Shown here piece after piece: positions 9,767-19,826 of a stretch of 38,160 nt of DNA. How positions within the stretch are numbered: the stretch's first letter is position 1; every line of letters begins with the position of its first letter. This DNA is from an uncultured Methyloversatilis sp. GTDB taxonomy: Bacteria > Pseudomonadota > Gammaproteobacteria > Burkholderiales > Rhodocyclaceae. The stretch lies in NCBI GenBank assembly GCA_964617225.1, contig CAZTWA010000001.1, positions 1 through 38,160 of the forward strand, in the 5' to 3' direction. The notes under the pieces were generated by a model, which saw only the letters and a list, made by a program, of their open reading frames with translations, was not told the origin of the DNA and made no database searches. The translations under genes were made by a program, and so were the position numbers.

Positions 9767-9824
9767 GTTCTCGAACGGGAAGGATGCCCCCTGCGTTGCT
9801 TCCCGTTTTCATGTGGTTACGGAA

Positions 9825-12374
9825 TCAGGCCTTGACTACCTTGGCGGCGCACTTCTTGTAGTCCGTTTCTTTCGAAATCGGGCAGGTGGCATCCAGGGTG
9901 AGCTTGTTGACCAGGCGGTGCTCGTCGAAGAACGGGATGAAGATCAGCCCCTCCGGCGGCTTGTTGCGGCCCTTGGTGTCGACACGCAACTCGATCTCGC
10001 CGCGACGGGTCGAGACCTTGACCACGTCGTTGCGCTTGAGGCCGCGCTTCTCGGCATCCTTCGGGTGCATCCACACCACGGCATCCGGGAAAGACTTGTA
10101 GAGCTCGGGCACGCGCCGCGTCATCGAACCGCTGTGCCAGTGCTCCAGCACGCGGCCGGTGCACAGCCAGAGGTCGAATTCCTTGTCCGGCTGCTCGGCG
10201 GCCGGCTGGTAGGGCAACGCGAAGATCTTCGCCTTGCCGTCCGGGTAGCCGTAGAACTTCACACCTTCGCCCTTCTTGACATAGGGGTCGTAGCCTTCAC
10301 GGAAGCGCCACAGCGTTTCCTTGCCATCGACCACCGGCCAGCGGAAACCGCGCGCCTTGTGATACTCGTCGAAATAGTTGAGGTCATGGGCATGACCACG
10401 GCCGAAGGCGGCGTATTCCTCGAACAGGCCCTTCTGCACATAATAGCCGTAGACTTCGGTTTCGTCGTTGGTGTAACCGGCCCAGGCATGCGCATTGACC
10501 TTGGCGGCCTCTTCCTTCGGGAACTTGTTCACCTGGCCGTTGGCGTAGAGCACGTCGTAGAGGGTCTTGCCCTTGTACTCGGGGTTCTTGGCCAGCAGTT
10601 CGGCCGGCCAGACTTCCTCTGTCTTGAAGCGCTTGGAGAACTCCAGGTATTGCCACAAGTCGGACTTGGCATCGCCCGGTGCCTTGACCTGCTGACGCCA
10701 CATCTGACCACGCCGTTCGGCATTGCCGAACATGCCTTCCTTTTCCATCCACATCGCGGCGGGCAGGATCAGGTCGGCCGACATCGCCGAGACGGTCGGA
10801 TAGGCGTCGGAAACCACGGTGAAACACTTCGGGTTGCGCCAGCCGGGATAGATCTCGCCATTGACGTTCGGGCCAGCCTGCATGTTGTTGGTGGTCGTCG
10901 TCCAGAGGAAACCGACCTTGCCGTCCTTGGCCATGCGCGACTGCAGCACGGCGTGGTAACCCACCCATTCCGGAATCGTGCCGGCCGGCAGCTTCCAGAT
11001 CTTTTCACTGGCTTCGCGGTGCTTGGGATTCATCACCACCATGTCGGCGGGCAAACGGTGGGCGAAGGTGCCGACCTCGCGCGCCGTACCGCAGGCGGAA
11101 GGCTGGCCGGTCAGCGAGAAGGGGCTGTTGCCCGGTTCGGAAATCTTACCGACCAGCAGGTGCACGTTGTAGATCATGTTATTGACCCAGGTGCCGCGCA
11201 CATGTTGGTTGAAGCCCATGGTCCAGAACGAGGTGACCTTGACCTTCGGATCGGCGTAGGCCTTGGCCAGTGCCACGAGCTTGTCCTTCGGCACGCCGGA
11301 AATCTCGTGCGCCTTGTCGAGGGTGTATTCGGAAACGAACTTGGCGAACTCGTCGAAGGTGATCGGTGAATGCTTGTTGGGATCGCCCTTCGGCTTGCCG
11401 TCCGCGCCGGGATAACCGTTGTTGTTGGCGACCTGTTCGAGCGGATGATTCGGCCGCAGTCCGTAGCCGATGTCGGTGACGCCCTTGAAGAAGCCGACAT
11501 TCTTGGCGACGAACTCCTTGTTCACCGCGTTGTTCTGGATGATGTAGTTGCAGATGTAGTTGAGGATCGCCAGATCCGAACTGGGGTGGAAGATCAGTTC
11601 GTTGTCGGCCAACTCGCAGGAGCGGTGGCTGAAGGTCGACAGCACGTGAATCTTGACGTGGTTGGCCGTCAGGCGACGGTTGGTGATGCGCGACCAGAGG
11701 ATCGGGTGCATCTCGGCCATGTTCGAACCCCACAGCGCGAACACATCCGCATTCTCGATGTCGTCGTAACAGCCCATCGGCTCGTCGATGCCGAAGGTAC
11801 GCATGAAGCCGGCCACGGCGGAGGCCATGCAATGTCGCGCGTTCGGGTCGATGCTGTTGGTCCGCAGGCCGGCCTTCCACAATTTGGCGGCGGCATAGCC
11901 TTCCCATACCGTCCATTGGCCGGAACCGAACATGCAGACGCCGCGCTGGCCCTGATTCGGATCTTTCAACGTCGCCTTGACTTTCTCGGCCATGATGTCG
12001 AACGCCTGGTCCCAACTGATCGGCGCGAATTCCCCGTTCTTGTCGAACTTGCCATCCTTCATGCGTAGCAACGGCTTGGTCAGGCGGTCCTGGCCATACT
12101 GGATCTTCGCCAGGAAGTAGCCCTTGACGCAGTTGAGGCCCTTGTTGACCGGCGCATCGGGGTCGCCCTGGGTGGCGACGATCTTGCCGTCCTTGACACC
12201 GACAAGCACGCCGCAGCCGGTGCCGCAGTAACGGCAGGCACCCTTGTCCCAACGCACGCCGTCACCACCGCGCGCCTGGGCGAAAACCTGGGCGCCGGGA
12301 ACGGACATGCCTGCGACGCCGGCCGCTGCCGCAACCGCGTTTGACTTGATGAATTCACGCCGTGTCAGTTTCAT
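9825..12374 (-). CDS. napA: Periplasmic nitrate reductase catalytic molybdopterin subunit
   Basis: TRREFIK Tat signal, [31 protein letters not shown]. Confidence 0.99.
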   Translation of the reverse strand: MKLTRREFIKSNAVAAAAGVAGMSVPGAQVFAQARGGDGVRWDKGACRYCGTGCGVLVGVKDGKIVATQGDPDAPVNKGLNCVKGYFLAKIQYGQDRLTKPLLRMKDGKFDKNGEFAPISWDQAFDIMAEKVKATLKDPNQGQRGVCMFGSGQWTVWEGYAAAKLWKAGLRTNSIDPNARHCMASAVAGFMRTFGIDEPMGCYDDIENADVFALWGSNMAEMHPILWSRITNRRLTANHVKIHVLSTFSHRSCELADNELIFHPSSDLAILNYICNYIIQNNAVNKEFVAKNVGFFKGVTDIGYGLRPNHPLEQVANNNGYPGADGKPKGDPNKHSPITFDEFAKFVSEYTLDKAHEISGVPKDKLVALAKAYADPKVKVTSFWTMGFNQHVRGTWVNNMIYNVHLLVGKISEPGNSPFSLTGQPSACGTAREVGTFAHRLPADMVVMNPKHREASEKIWKLPAGTIPEWVGYHAVLQSRMAKDGKVGFLWTTTTNNMQAGPNVNGEIYPGWRNPKCFTVVSDAYPTVSAMSADLILPAAMWMEKEGMFGNAERRGQMWRQQVKAPGDAKSDLWQYLEFSKRFKTEEVWPAELLAKNPEYKGKTLYDVLYANGQVNKFPKEEAAKVNAHAWAGYTNDETEVYGYYVQKGLFEEYAAFGRGHAHDLNYFDEYHKARGFRWPVVDGKETLWRFREGYDPYVKKGEGVKFYGYPDGKAKIFALPYQPAAEQPDKEFDLWLCTGRVLEHWHSGSMTRRVPELYKSFPDAVVWMHPKDAEKRGLKRNDVVKVSTRRGEIELRVDTKGRNKPPEGLIFIPFFDEHRLVNKLTLDATCPISKETDYKKCAAKVVKA

Positions 12375-12427
12375 TGCGAACCTCCTATCGTTGAACCTTC
12401 GTTGCAGCTTCGCCCTCTTGTCGAGGA

Positions 12428-12688
12428 TTAAGCCTCCACAGAAATAACCGTTTCCGGATCAGATTCTTTTTGGTGATACACCATGGACGCCGACATCACG
12501 CCGTCCAGCAAGCTAATCTTTTCGTACAGGCTTGTGGTTTCACGATCGTCTTCCGTCTCCAGGGTGACAATCATCTTTCCCTCGGGAGAAACCGCATGCA
12601 GTTCGACACCCGCGAGTGCCTGCAATTGCTGACGCACGAGCTCGATACGCTCGGGATGCGGAATGACGATAACGCTGGAAATGTTCAT
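12428..12688 (-). CDS. napD: NapA chaperone NapD
   Basis: MNISSVIV...GKMIVTLE...[10 protein letters not shown], directly upstream of napA. Confidence 0.93.
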   Translation of the reverse strand: MNISSVIVIPHPERIELVRQQLQALAGVELHAVSPEGKMIVTLETEDDRETTSLYEKISLLDGVMSASMVYHQKESDPETVISVEA

Positions 12689-12717
12689 GTCCCGTAGTCC
12701 ATTCTTGCCAACATTGC

Positions 12718-12738
12718 GATCGGACAATTTGTCCGATC
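12718..12738. promoter_or_regulatory. Perfect 21-bp palindrome at predicted nap transcription start
   Basis: GATCGGACAA-T-TTGTCCGATC. Confidence 0.55.
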
Positions 12739-12744
12739 TTTTCC

Positions 12745-12786
12745 ATACTAGGACTAAGGCTTCTTGACCACGTTGATTGCAATCAA
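12745..12786 (-). promoter_or_regulatory. FNR/DNR-box class II promoter of the nap operon
   Basis: Perfect TTGAT-TGCA-ATCAA at 12773-12786; -10 TAGTAT on minus strand at 12750-12745. Confidence 0.85.
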
Positions 12787-12888
12787 GGAATCGCGTGGTT
12801 TCGGGACTACTTGGGATGAGGGTCGACTCATCCGAAAGAGGTAGATATCGCGGCCAGCACTACCTTGCCTGCCGGCCGGATAGCGTAT

Positions 12889-13230
12889 TTAACGCTGTTT
12901 ATTCCTAGGCTTGGACGCGACGGCGGCCTTGCCGGGCTTGGGCTTGGCGACGGCCTTGGCCGGTTTCGCCGGCTTGACGGCCTTTTTGGCCTTGCCGCCC
13001 TTGGCTGCAGGCGAAGGCGCTGCATCGGTTGCCTCAGGCACGGGCGGGGGGGGTGCCATTACGGTCGCCGGCTGCAAGACCACGGGCTTGGGCGGCGTCA
13101 CCGCCGGCGCCGGGTCGGCGGCCTGGACCGTCGCGGCCCATCCCGCAAACAACGCCAGCAACAGAAAGTCAGCGCCGGCAGGACGGCACCGACGGGATCG
13201 ATAGGACTGGACGCAATCAGTTGGCGTCAT
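12889..13230 (-). CDS. Hypothetical Pro/Ala/Lys-rich, probably exported protein (start uncertain)
   Basis: Hydrophobic stretch ending VQA-A (signal peptide-like), low-complexity PAK/KAK tail. Confidence 0.5.
   Translation of the reverse strand: MTPTDCVQSYRSRRCRPAGADFLLLALFAGWAATVQAADPAPAVTPPKPVVLQPATVMAPPPPVPEATDAAPSPAAKGGKAKKAVKPAKPAKAVAKPKPGKAAVASKPRNKQR
13165..13187 (+). repeat. DUS-like dispersed motif copy 4 (AAAGTCAGC GCCG GC AG GACGGC)
   Basis: At the N-terminus of the hypothetical ORF (CRPAGADF), just downstream of the DUF3460 gene. Confidence 0.9.
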
Positions 13231-13402
13231 AGTAATAAGGCTTCGCCGGCACTTTCACGGCGGCGAGGCGCGCCTGCTCGTCGAGGTCGCGGTTGCCACG
13301 ATCCCACCACAGGGCGCGGCCGCGCTGCTGCTCATCGAGTTCCTCGGGATGCTGCTGCATCCATTCGCGCATGAATTTGGTGTAGTCGGATTCGTAGGCC
13401 AT
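13217..13402 (-). CDS. DUF3460-family small protein
   Basis: YESDYTKF...QQRGRALWWD...PYYY pattern, located after spoT. Confidence 0.85.
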   Translation of the reverse strand: MAYESDYTKFMREWMQQHPEELDEQQRGRALWWDRGNRDLDEQARLAAVKVPAKPYYYDAN

Positions 13403-13421
13403 CGCGAGTTTCCTTTAAATA

Positions 13422-15671
13422 TCAGTGATCTTCCTTGAGCCGGTTGATGCGGGTCACGGCGGGCAGGCGCCTCAGGTTGCGAAGGATACGCGCCAAATGC
13501 ATTCGCCCGTCTACCTGCAACGTGAAATACAGGGCGGTGGTGCGCACTTCGTCCGCATCCATGCGCACGTTGGTGATGTTCGCCGCGTGCTCCGCGATGG
13601 TCGCCGCCAGCCGCGCCAGCACCCCGGGCACGTTTTCCGCGACCACCTTGATCAGTACTTCGAAGGGGCCCTTCGCATCGCTGTCCCATTCGACATCCAC
13701 CCACTCCTTGGCCCCCGAGGGCCCCCGGCCGGCCTTGTGGCCGCGCAGCGCGGGGCAATCGTGGGTATGGACCACCAGGCCCTGTCCCGGACGGATCACG
13801 CCGACGATCGGATCGCCGGGGATCGGCCGGCAGCAGCGCGCCAGTTGCATCGCCATGCCCTGGCTGCCCTTGATGCGGATCGCGCCGCTGGTCTGCGCGG
13901 CCGGGCCGCCCGAGGCGCGGCCATCGATCAGGCGACGCGCCACGATCGCCGGCAGGCGCTTGCCAAGGCCGATATCAGTGAGCACCTCGCGCTGCGACTT
14001 GCCGGAGAAGGTGCGCAGGAAGCGCTGCCAGGCGGTAGTGCCGAGTTCCTCGAGCCGGTGGCCGAGGTTGTGGAGCGCCTGTGACAGGAGGTGCTCGCCC
14101 AGTGCGGCGGACTCTTCGTTCTGCCGGGTCTTGAGGAAGTGGCGAATCTGCGCGCGCGCCTTGCCGGTCTTGACGAAGGCGAGCCAGTTCGGATTCGGCG
14201 CGGCATTCGTCGCGGTAATGATCTCGACGCGGTCGCCGTTGCGCAGTTCCGTGCGCAGCGGCAGGTGCTCCTGATTGATCTTGCAGGCCACGCAGCGGTT
14301 GCCGATGTCGGTATGCACCGCGTAGGCGAAATCGACCGCCGTCGCGCCGCGCCGCAGCGAAAGGATCCTGCCCGCCGGGGTGAAGACATACACCTCGCCG
14401 GGAAACAGGTCGACCTTGACGTGCTCGAGGAACTCGGCGGAATCGACCGTCGCGGACTGCAGTTCGAGCAGCGACTGCAGCCACTGGTGCGTCGTGCGCT
14501 GCAATTCCGAAAAGGCCTCGACATCCTTGTACAACCAGTGCGAGGCCACGCCGGACTCGGCGACATGATTCATGTCGCGCGTGCGGATCTGCATCTCGAC
14601 CGGCATGCCGTAGGGGCCGATCAGTGTCGTGTGCAGGGACTGGTAGCCGTTCGCCTTCGGGATCGCGATGTAATCCTTGAACTTGCCCGGCACCGGCTTG
14701 TAGAGGCCGTGCAGCGCGCCGAGCACCAGATAGCAGGTCGGCACGTCGGCGACGACAACGCGGAAGCCGTAGATGTCGAGCACCTGCGAAAACGTCAGCT
14801 GCTTCTCGCGCATCTTGCGGTAGATGCCGTAGAGATGCTTTTCGCGGCCCATGACTTCGGCCTCGATATGCGCATTGGCCATGCGCTGGCGGAGCGCGGC
14901 GAGGATTTTCTCGACCACCTCGCGACGATTGCCGCGCGCGGCACGCACCGCCTTGGCGAGCACGCGGTAGCGCAGCGGGTGGATATTGCGGAAGGCGAGT
15001 TCCTGCAACTCGCGGTAGAGCATGTTGAGGCCGAGCCGGTTGGCAATCGGGGCATAGATGTCGAGCGTCTCGCGCGCCACGCGGCGGCGCTTCTCGGGGC
15101 GCACGGCATCGAGCGTGCGCATGTTGTGCAGCCGGTCGGCCAGCTTGATGAGGATGACGCGCACGTCCTGCGCCATCGCCAACAGCATCTTGCGGAAGTT
15201 TTCCGCCTGCGCCTCTTCATAAGACTGGTGCTCGATGCGGTCGAGCTTGGAGACGCCATCGACCAACTCGGCGGTCACCTTGCCGAAATCCTGCGCGATC
15301 TGCTCTTTGGTGATGGCGGTGTCTTCCATCACGTCGTGCAGCAGCGCGGCAGCCAGCGCCTGCGGGTCGAGCCGCCAGTGCGCCAGCGTCTCGGCGACGG
15401 CGAGCGGGTGCGAGATATAGGGTTCGCCGCTGGTGCGGAACTGGCCGAGATGCGCGCTGGCTGAGAAATGATAGGCCGACGCGATCTGTTCGACGTCCTC
15501 CGGCTTCAGGTAGCCGGCCAGCTGGGCAAGGAAGTTATCGAGATCTTCGGTCAGATCGACCGGCGGATGCATGTCCACCGGGATGATGATTGGCGTGTCA
15601 GTATCGGCCAGCACGCCCTCGGCGAACGAGGGCACGGGCGTTGGGGTAGGGGACGCGGAAGGCGCCGGCAT
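13422..15671 (-). CDS. spoT: Bifunctional (p)ppGpp synthase/hydrolase SpoT (start approximate)
   Basis: HD domain LHDVMED, KLADRLHNMRTL, KDYIAIPKANGYQSLHT, TGS and ACT domains; follows rpoZ. Confidence 0.96.
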   Translation of the reverse strand: MPAPSASPTPTPVPSFAEGVLADTDTPIIIPVDMHPPVDLTEDLDNFLAQLAGYLKPEDVEQIASAYHFSASAHLGQFRTSGEPYISHPLAVAETLAHWRLDPQALAAALLHDVMEDTAITKEQIAQDFGKVTAELVDGVSKLDRIEHQSYEEAQAENFRKMLLAMAQDVRVILIKLADRLHNMRTLDAVRPEKRRRVARETLDIYAPIANRLGLNMLYRELQELAFRNIHPLRYRVLAKAVRAARGNRREVVEKILAALRQRMANAHIEAEVMGREKHLYGIYRKMREKQLTFSQVLDIYGFRVVVADVPTCYLVLGALHGLYKPVPGKFKDYIAIPKANGYQSLHTTLIGPYGMPVEMQIRTRDMNHVAESGVASHWLYKDVEAFSELQRTTHQWLQSLLELQSATVDSAEFLEHVKVDLFPGEVYVFTPAGRILSLRRGATAVDFAYAVHTDIGNRCVACKINQEHLPLRTELRNGDRVEIITATNAAPNPNWLAFVKTGKARAQIRHFLKTRQNEESAALGEHLLSQALHNLGHRLEELGTTAWQRFLRTFSGKSQREVLTDIGLGKRLPAIVARRLIDGRASGGPAAQTSGAIRIKGSQGMAMQLARCCRPIPGDPIVGVIRPGQGLVVHTHDCPALRGHKAGRGPSGAKEWVDVEWDSDAKGPFEVLIKVVAENVPGVLARLAATIAEHAANITNVRMDADEVRTTALYFTLQVDGRMHLARILRNLRRLPAVTRINRLKEDH

Positions 15672-15692
15672 GGATGTCCCCTACTTCATGGG

Positions 15693-15899
15693 TCAAGTCT
15701 GACTACGGTGCAGGATTTCGACGCCATACTTGCCTTCGGCCAACTCGCGCAAGGCGAGGACGGTCGGCTTGTCCTTGTCGACTTCCACCAAGGGCGTGCT
15801 GCCCATGGCGATCTGGCGAGCGCGATAGGTCGCGGCGAGCGTCATCTCGAAGCGGTTGGGGATGTGTTTGATGCAATCTTCGACGGTGACGCGAGCCAT
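15693..15899 (-). CDS. rpoZ: RNA polymerase omega subunit
   Basis: MARVTVEDC...NRFEM...RARQ...KPTVLALRE. Confidence 0.98.
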   Translation of the reverse strand: MARVTVEDCIKHIPNRFEMTLAATYRARQIAMGSTPLVEVDKDKPTVLALRELAEGKYGVEILHRSQT

Positions 15900-15916
15900 G
15901 CTAAATCCTTTGAGAA

Positions 15917-16570
15917 TCAGTACGATGAGAGAAAATGGAAGATGTCCGGATGCCGCGCGTGCTGTCGCTGGAAATTGAGACGCGAAGCGCGCACTGCAGC
16001 GGTCAGATCCGTGAGTGCTTCCTGCAAGTCATTGTTGATTATAACAAAATCGAACTCGTCGACATGGCGCATTTCGCCCAGCGCGGCGGCGACGCGACGC
16101 TGGATCACGTCCTCGCCGTCCTGCCCGCGCGTCCGCAGGCGGCGTTCGAGCTCGGCGATCGACGGCGGCATGATGAAGATGCCGACGGCGCCGGGCATCA
16201 GCACGCGCACCTGCTGGGCGCCCTGCCAGTCGATCTCGAGCAGCGTATCGCGGCCGGCGCGCATCTCGTCGAGAAGCCAGGTGCGCGAGGTGCCGTAGAA
16301 ATTGCCATGCACCTCGGCCCATTCGAGGAAATCGCCGCGCTCGCGCATCGCAAGGAAGGTCTGGATGTCGATGAAGTGGTAATCATGGCCGTCGCGTTCG
16401 GCAGGACGCGGCGCCCGCGTCGTATAGGACACCGAATGGCGGATGGCCGGATCGTGGTCCATCAGCTTGCGGACGAGGGTGGTCTTGCCGGCGCCGGACG
16501 GCGCCGAAACGATGAACAGCGTGCCGGCGGTGGCTTCGCTACTCGCGGCCGGGGCGGGGGTCGGGGTCAT
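15917..16570 (-). CDS. gmk: Guanylate kinase
   Basis: [10 protein letters not shown]-loop, [27 protein letters not shown]. Confidence 0.98.
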   Translation of the reverse strand: MTPTPAPAASSEATAGTLFIVSAPSGAGKTTLVRKLMDHDPAIRHSVSYTTRAPRPAERDGHDYHFIDIQTFLAMRERGDFLEWAEVHGNFYGTSRTWLLDEMRAGRDTLLEIDWQGAQQVRVLMPGAVGIFIMPPSIAELERRLRTRGQDGEDVIQRRVAAALGEMRHVDEFDFVIINNDLQEALTDLTAAVRASRLNFQRQHARHPDIFHFLSSY

Positions 16571-16586
16571 GGTCGGATCGATTCAA

Positions 16587-16609
16587 AAAGTCAGCGCCGG
16601 CGGGACGGC
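16587..16609 (+). repeat. DUS-like dispersed motif copy 5 (AAAGTCAGC GCCG GC GG GACGGC)
   Basis: Fills most of the 40-bp yicC-gmk spacer, right after the yicC stop; minus strand reads ATGCCGTC. Confidence 0.9.
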
Positions 16610-16610
16610 A

Positions 16611-17480
16611 TCATTCCAAATTTTGCACCTGCTCGCGCATTTGTTCGATGAGCAGCTTCAACTCCAGGGCAATCGCGGTCACGGCGGCGGAGACGGACTT
16701 CGAGGCCAACGTGTTGGCCTCGCGGTTGAGTTCCTGCATGATGAAATCGAGCCGCTTGCCGACCGCCCCCCCCTTGCTCAGCACGCGCTCCACTTCGCTG
16801 AGATGGGTGACGAGCCGGGCCAGTTCTTCGGCGACGTCGATCTTGGCGGCAAAAACGCCGATCTCCTGCCGGATGCGTTCTTCATCGAGCGCGGCGACCG
16901 CTTCGCGCAGCTTGGTCGCCAGCCGTTCGGTGTAATCGGCGATGGCGACCGGCACCATCGGTTCGACTTTCGCCACTTCCGTCCGCATGCGGGTGGCGCG
17001 CTCGCGCAGCACGTCGGCAAGGCGCGCGCCTTCGCGTGCACGGCTGGCGAGGAATTCGGCCAGCACGCTGTCCAGCAGCGCAAAGCATTCGGCCTGCAGG
17101 CGTTCCGGGCTGATCGCCTCGCTGGCCAGCACGCCTGGCCAGCGCAACACCTCGGCCACGGACAGCGGTGCCGCATTGAACATCACGCTGAGCACCTCGG
17201 TTTCCAGTCCCGCCAACTGCTGCACCAAGGCAATGTTCGGTGTCAGTTGGGGCGTCGCCGCTGAATTCGGCTGCAGATAGAGCCGGCAATCGACCTTGCC
17301 GCGACCGATGGCCGCCGCGAGTTTTTCGCGCAACGGCATTTCGAGGAAACGCAACTCTTCGGCACAACGGAAGTTCAGGTCGAGGAAGCGGCCATTGACG
17401 CTCTTGAGTTCGAGCGCAAGCCGCACCGGACCAAGGTCGCGGTCGAGTGCGGCATAGCCGGTCATGCTGTGAATGGTCAT
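16611..17480 (-). CDS. yicC: YicC/YloC family endoribonuclease
   Basis: SMTGYA, SVNGRFLD, GKRLDFIMQELNREANTLASK, EQMREQVQNLE. Confidence 0.96.
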   Translation of the reverse strand: MTIHSMTGYAALDRDLGPVRLALELKSVNGRFLDLNFRCAEELRFLEMPLREKLAAAIGRGKVDCRLYLQPNSAATPQLTPNIALVQQLAGLETEVLSVMFNAAPLSVAEVLRWPGVLASEAISPERLQAECFALLDSVLAEFLASRAREGARLADVLRERATRMRTEVAKVEPMVPVAIADYTERLATKLREAVAALDEERIRQEIGVFAAKIDVAEELARLVTHLSEVERVLSKGGAVGKRLDFIMQELNREANTLASKSVSAAVTAIALELKLLIEQMREQVQNLE

Positions 17481-17617
17481 TGCGTTTTTCCTGGCTGGGT
17501 GGAGTGCGAGCTTACCAGCAATAAGGTGGAACGCCTTGCCTGCCGACGGCCCTGGCTGCCACGCCATTTACCCCGGCGGGTCCAAAGGCGGCGATGCGGC
17601 GATTACAATCCGCACCG

Positions 17618-18517
17618 ATGCCCCCGCCCCAAACCAGCATTCCCCTCCCTGCCGGCCACATCATCGACGGCTATCGCTTCGAACGCCAGATCTCCATGGG
17701 CGGATTTTCCATCGTCTATCTGGCCTACGATCCGCAGGGCACGGCGGTGGCGATCAAGGAATACCTGCCCCAGTCGCTTGCCCGGCGCACGATCGGCCTC
17801 GTGCCGCAGGTCAGTCCCGAGCATCGCCCGGCCTACCAGAGCGGCATGATGGCGTTCTACGAGGAAGGCATCGCATTGGCGCGCCTCAACCATCCAAACG
17901 TCGTGCGCGTCATCAATTTCCTGCGCGCCCATGACACGGTCTATCTGGTGATGATCTACGAGCGCGGCCGCACGTTGCACGCGCATATCCGCAAGCATCC
18001 CGGCGGCTTCAGCGAGAACTTCATGCGCGGCGTGTTCATGCGGCTGCTTTCCGGCCTGCGCGTGGTCCATGCCGGCAAGCTGCTGCACCTCGACATCAAG
18101 CCCTCGAACATCTGGCTGCGCGTCGATGGCAACCCGGTGCTGATCGACTTCGGCGCGGCCCGGCAATCCCTCAAGCTGTACGGCCCGGAACTGCGGCCGG
18201 TCTACACGCCCGGCTATGCCGCGCCCGAGCAATACAGCGCGTCGACCAGTGAGCAGGGGCCGTGGACCGATGTCTATGCCGTCGGCGCCAGCATGTATGC
18301 CAGCCTCGCCGCCGCCGCGCCCCAGCCCGCCGACCTGCGCCGCACCGAGGACAAGCTGATCCCCGCCAGCGAACGCTGGGCGGGACAGTATTCCCCGCAA
18401 CTGCTCGACACCATCGACCAGTGCCTGCGCCTCGATCCGCTTGCCCGCCCGCAGAGCGCCTTCGCCCTGCAGCGCATGCTGGCCGAGCCCCCATCCCCGA
18501 CTCAGGAGAATTCATGA
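17618..18517 (+). CDS. Hanks-type Ser/Thr protein kinase
   Basis: [37 protein letters not shown]. Confidence 0.93.
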   Translation: MPPPQTSIPLPAGHIIDGYRFERQISMGGFSIVYLAYDPQGTAVAIKEYLPQSLARRTIGLVPQVSPEHRPAYQSGMMAFYEEGIALARLNHPNVVRVINFLRAHDTVYLVMIYERGRTLHAHIRKHPGGFSENFMRGVFMRLLSGLRVVHAGKLLHLDIKPSNIWLRVDGNPVLIDFGAARQSLKLYGPELRPVYTPGYAAPEQYSASTSEQGPWTDVYAVGASMYASLAAAAPQPADLRRTEDKLIPASERWAGQYSPQLLDTIDQCLRLDPLARPQSAFALQRMLAEPPSPTQENS

Positions 18518-19239
18518 ACCCACGCAATGATGGCCGCGCCGCCGACGCGCTGCGGCCGCTGACGATCACCCGCCACTACACGCGCCATGCCGAGGGCAGC
18601 GTGCTGGTGGAGTTCGGTCACACCAAGGTGCTGTGCACCGCCAGCGTCGAGGAACGCGTCCCGCCCTTCCTCAAGGGCAAGGGACAAGGCTGGGTCACCG
18701 CCGAATACGGCATGCTGCCCCGCTCGACGCACACGCGTACCGACCGCGAGGCGGCCAAGGGCAAGCAGTCCGGCCGCACGCAGGAAATCCAGCGCCTGAT
18801 CGGCCGCTCGCTGCGGGCCGTCACCGACCTCGCCGCACTCGGCGAACGGCAAATCACGCTCGACTGCGACGTGCTGCAGGCCGATGGCGGCACGCGCTGC
18901 GCCTCGATCACCGGCGCCTGCGTGGCACTGCACGATGCGCTGTCTGGCCTCGTCGCCGCCGGCAAGCTGCCCGCGCACCCGATGCGCGATTTCGTCGCCG
19001 CGGTCTCGGTCGGCATCGTCGCCGGCACGCCCGTGCTCGACCTCAACTACGACGAGGATTCGAGCTGCGATACCGACATGAACGTGGTCACCACGGGAAG
19101 CGGCGGCATGGTCGAAATCCAGGGTACGGCCGAAGGCACCCCCTTCTCCCGTGCCGAACTCGACGCCCTGCTCGCCCTGGCGCAAAAAGGCGTGAATGAA
19201 ATCGTCGCGGCACAAAAAACCGCACTGGAACTGAAATGA
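18514..19239 (+). CDS. rph: Ribonuclease PH
   Basis: [40 protein letters not shown]. Confidence 0.98.
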   Translation: MNPRNDGRAADALRPLTITRHYTRHAEGSVLVEFGHTKVLCTASVEERVPPFLKGKGQGWVTAEYGMLPRSTHTRTDREAAKGKQSGRTQEIQRLIGRSLRAVTDLAALGERQITLDCDVLQADGGTRCASITGACVALHDALSGLVAAGKLPAHPMRDFVAAVSVGIVAGTPVLDLNYDEDSSCDTDMNVVTTGSGGMVEIQGTAEGTPFSRAELDALLALAQKGVNEIVAAQKTALELK

Positions 19240-19826
19240 AAAAGATCGTCCTCGCGTCCAACAACGCCGGCAAGCTGCGCGAGTTCGGCCAGATGCTCGC
19301 GACCATCGACATCGAAGTGCTGCCGCAGGCGCAATTCAACATCCCGGAAGCCGAGGAACCGCACATTACCTTCGTCGAGAACGCGCTGGCCAAAGCGCGC
19401 CATGCCGCGAAGCTCACCGGCCTGCCGGCACTGGCCGACGATTCGGGTATCTGCGTCAGCGCGCTGGGTGGTGCGCCCGGTGTGTTTTCCGCACGCTTTG
19501 CAGGGGAGCCCAAATCCGACGAGCGCAACAACCAGAAATTGATCGCCGACCTGCAGGGTAAGGCGAATCGCCACGCGCATTACGTCGCGGTGCTGGTCTT
19601 CGTCCATCATGCTGACGACCCACAGCCGATCATCTGCGAGGGCGAATGGCATGGTGAGATCATCGACACGCCGCGCGGCGCAAACGGCTTCGGCTACGAT
19701 CCCTACTTCCTCGTCCCCGACCTGAACCAGACGGCCGCCGAAATCGCCGCCGACGAAAAGAACCAGCGTTCCCATCGCGGCAAGGCGCTGCGCCTGCTGA
19801 TCGAACGCCTGAAGCTCGACACTTGA
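19236..19826 (+). CDS. rdgB: Non-canonical purine NTP pyrophosphatase
   Basis: [24 protein letters not shown]. Confidence 0.97.
   Translation: MKKIVLASNNAGKLREFGQMLATIDIEVLPQAQFNIPEAEEPHITFVENALAKARHAAKLTGLPALADDSGICVSALGGAPGVFSARFAGEPKSDERNNQKLIADLQGKANRHAHYVAVLVFVHHADDPQPIICEGEWHGEIIDTPRGANGFGYDPYFLVPDLNQTAAEIAADEKNQRSHRGKALRLLIERLKLDT

Noticed and set aside
17618-18517. Ser/Thr kinase as an anti-phage or toxin module
   Set aside because: Sits in the conserved housekeeping yicC/rph locus with no defence or mobile context.
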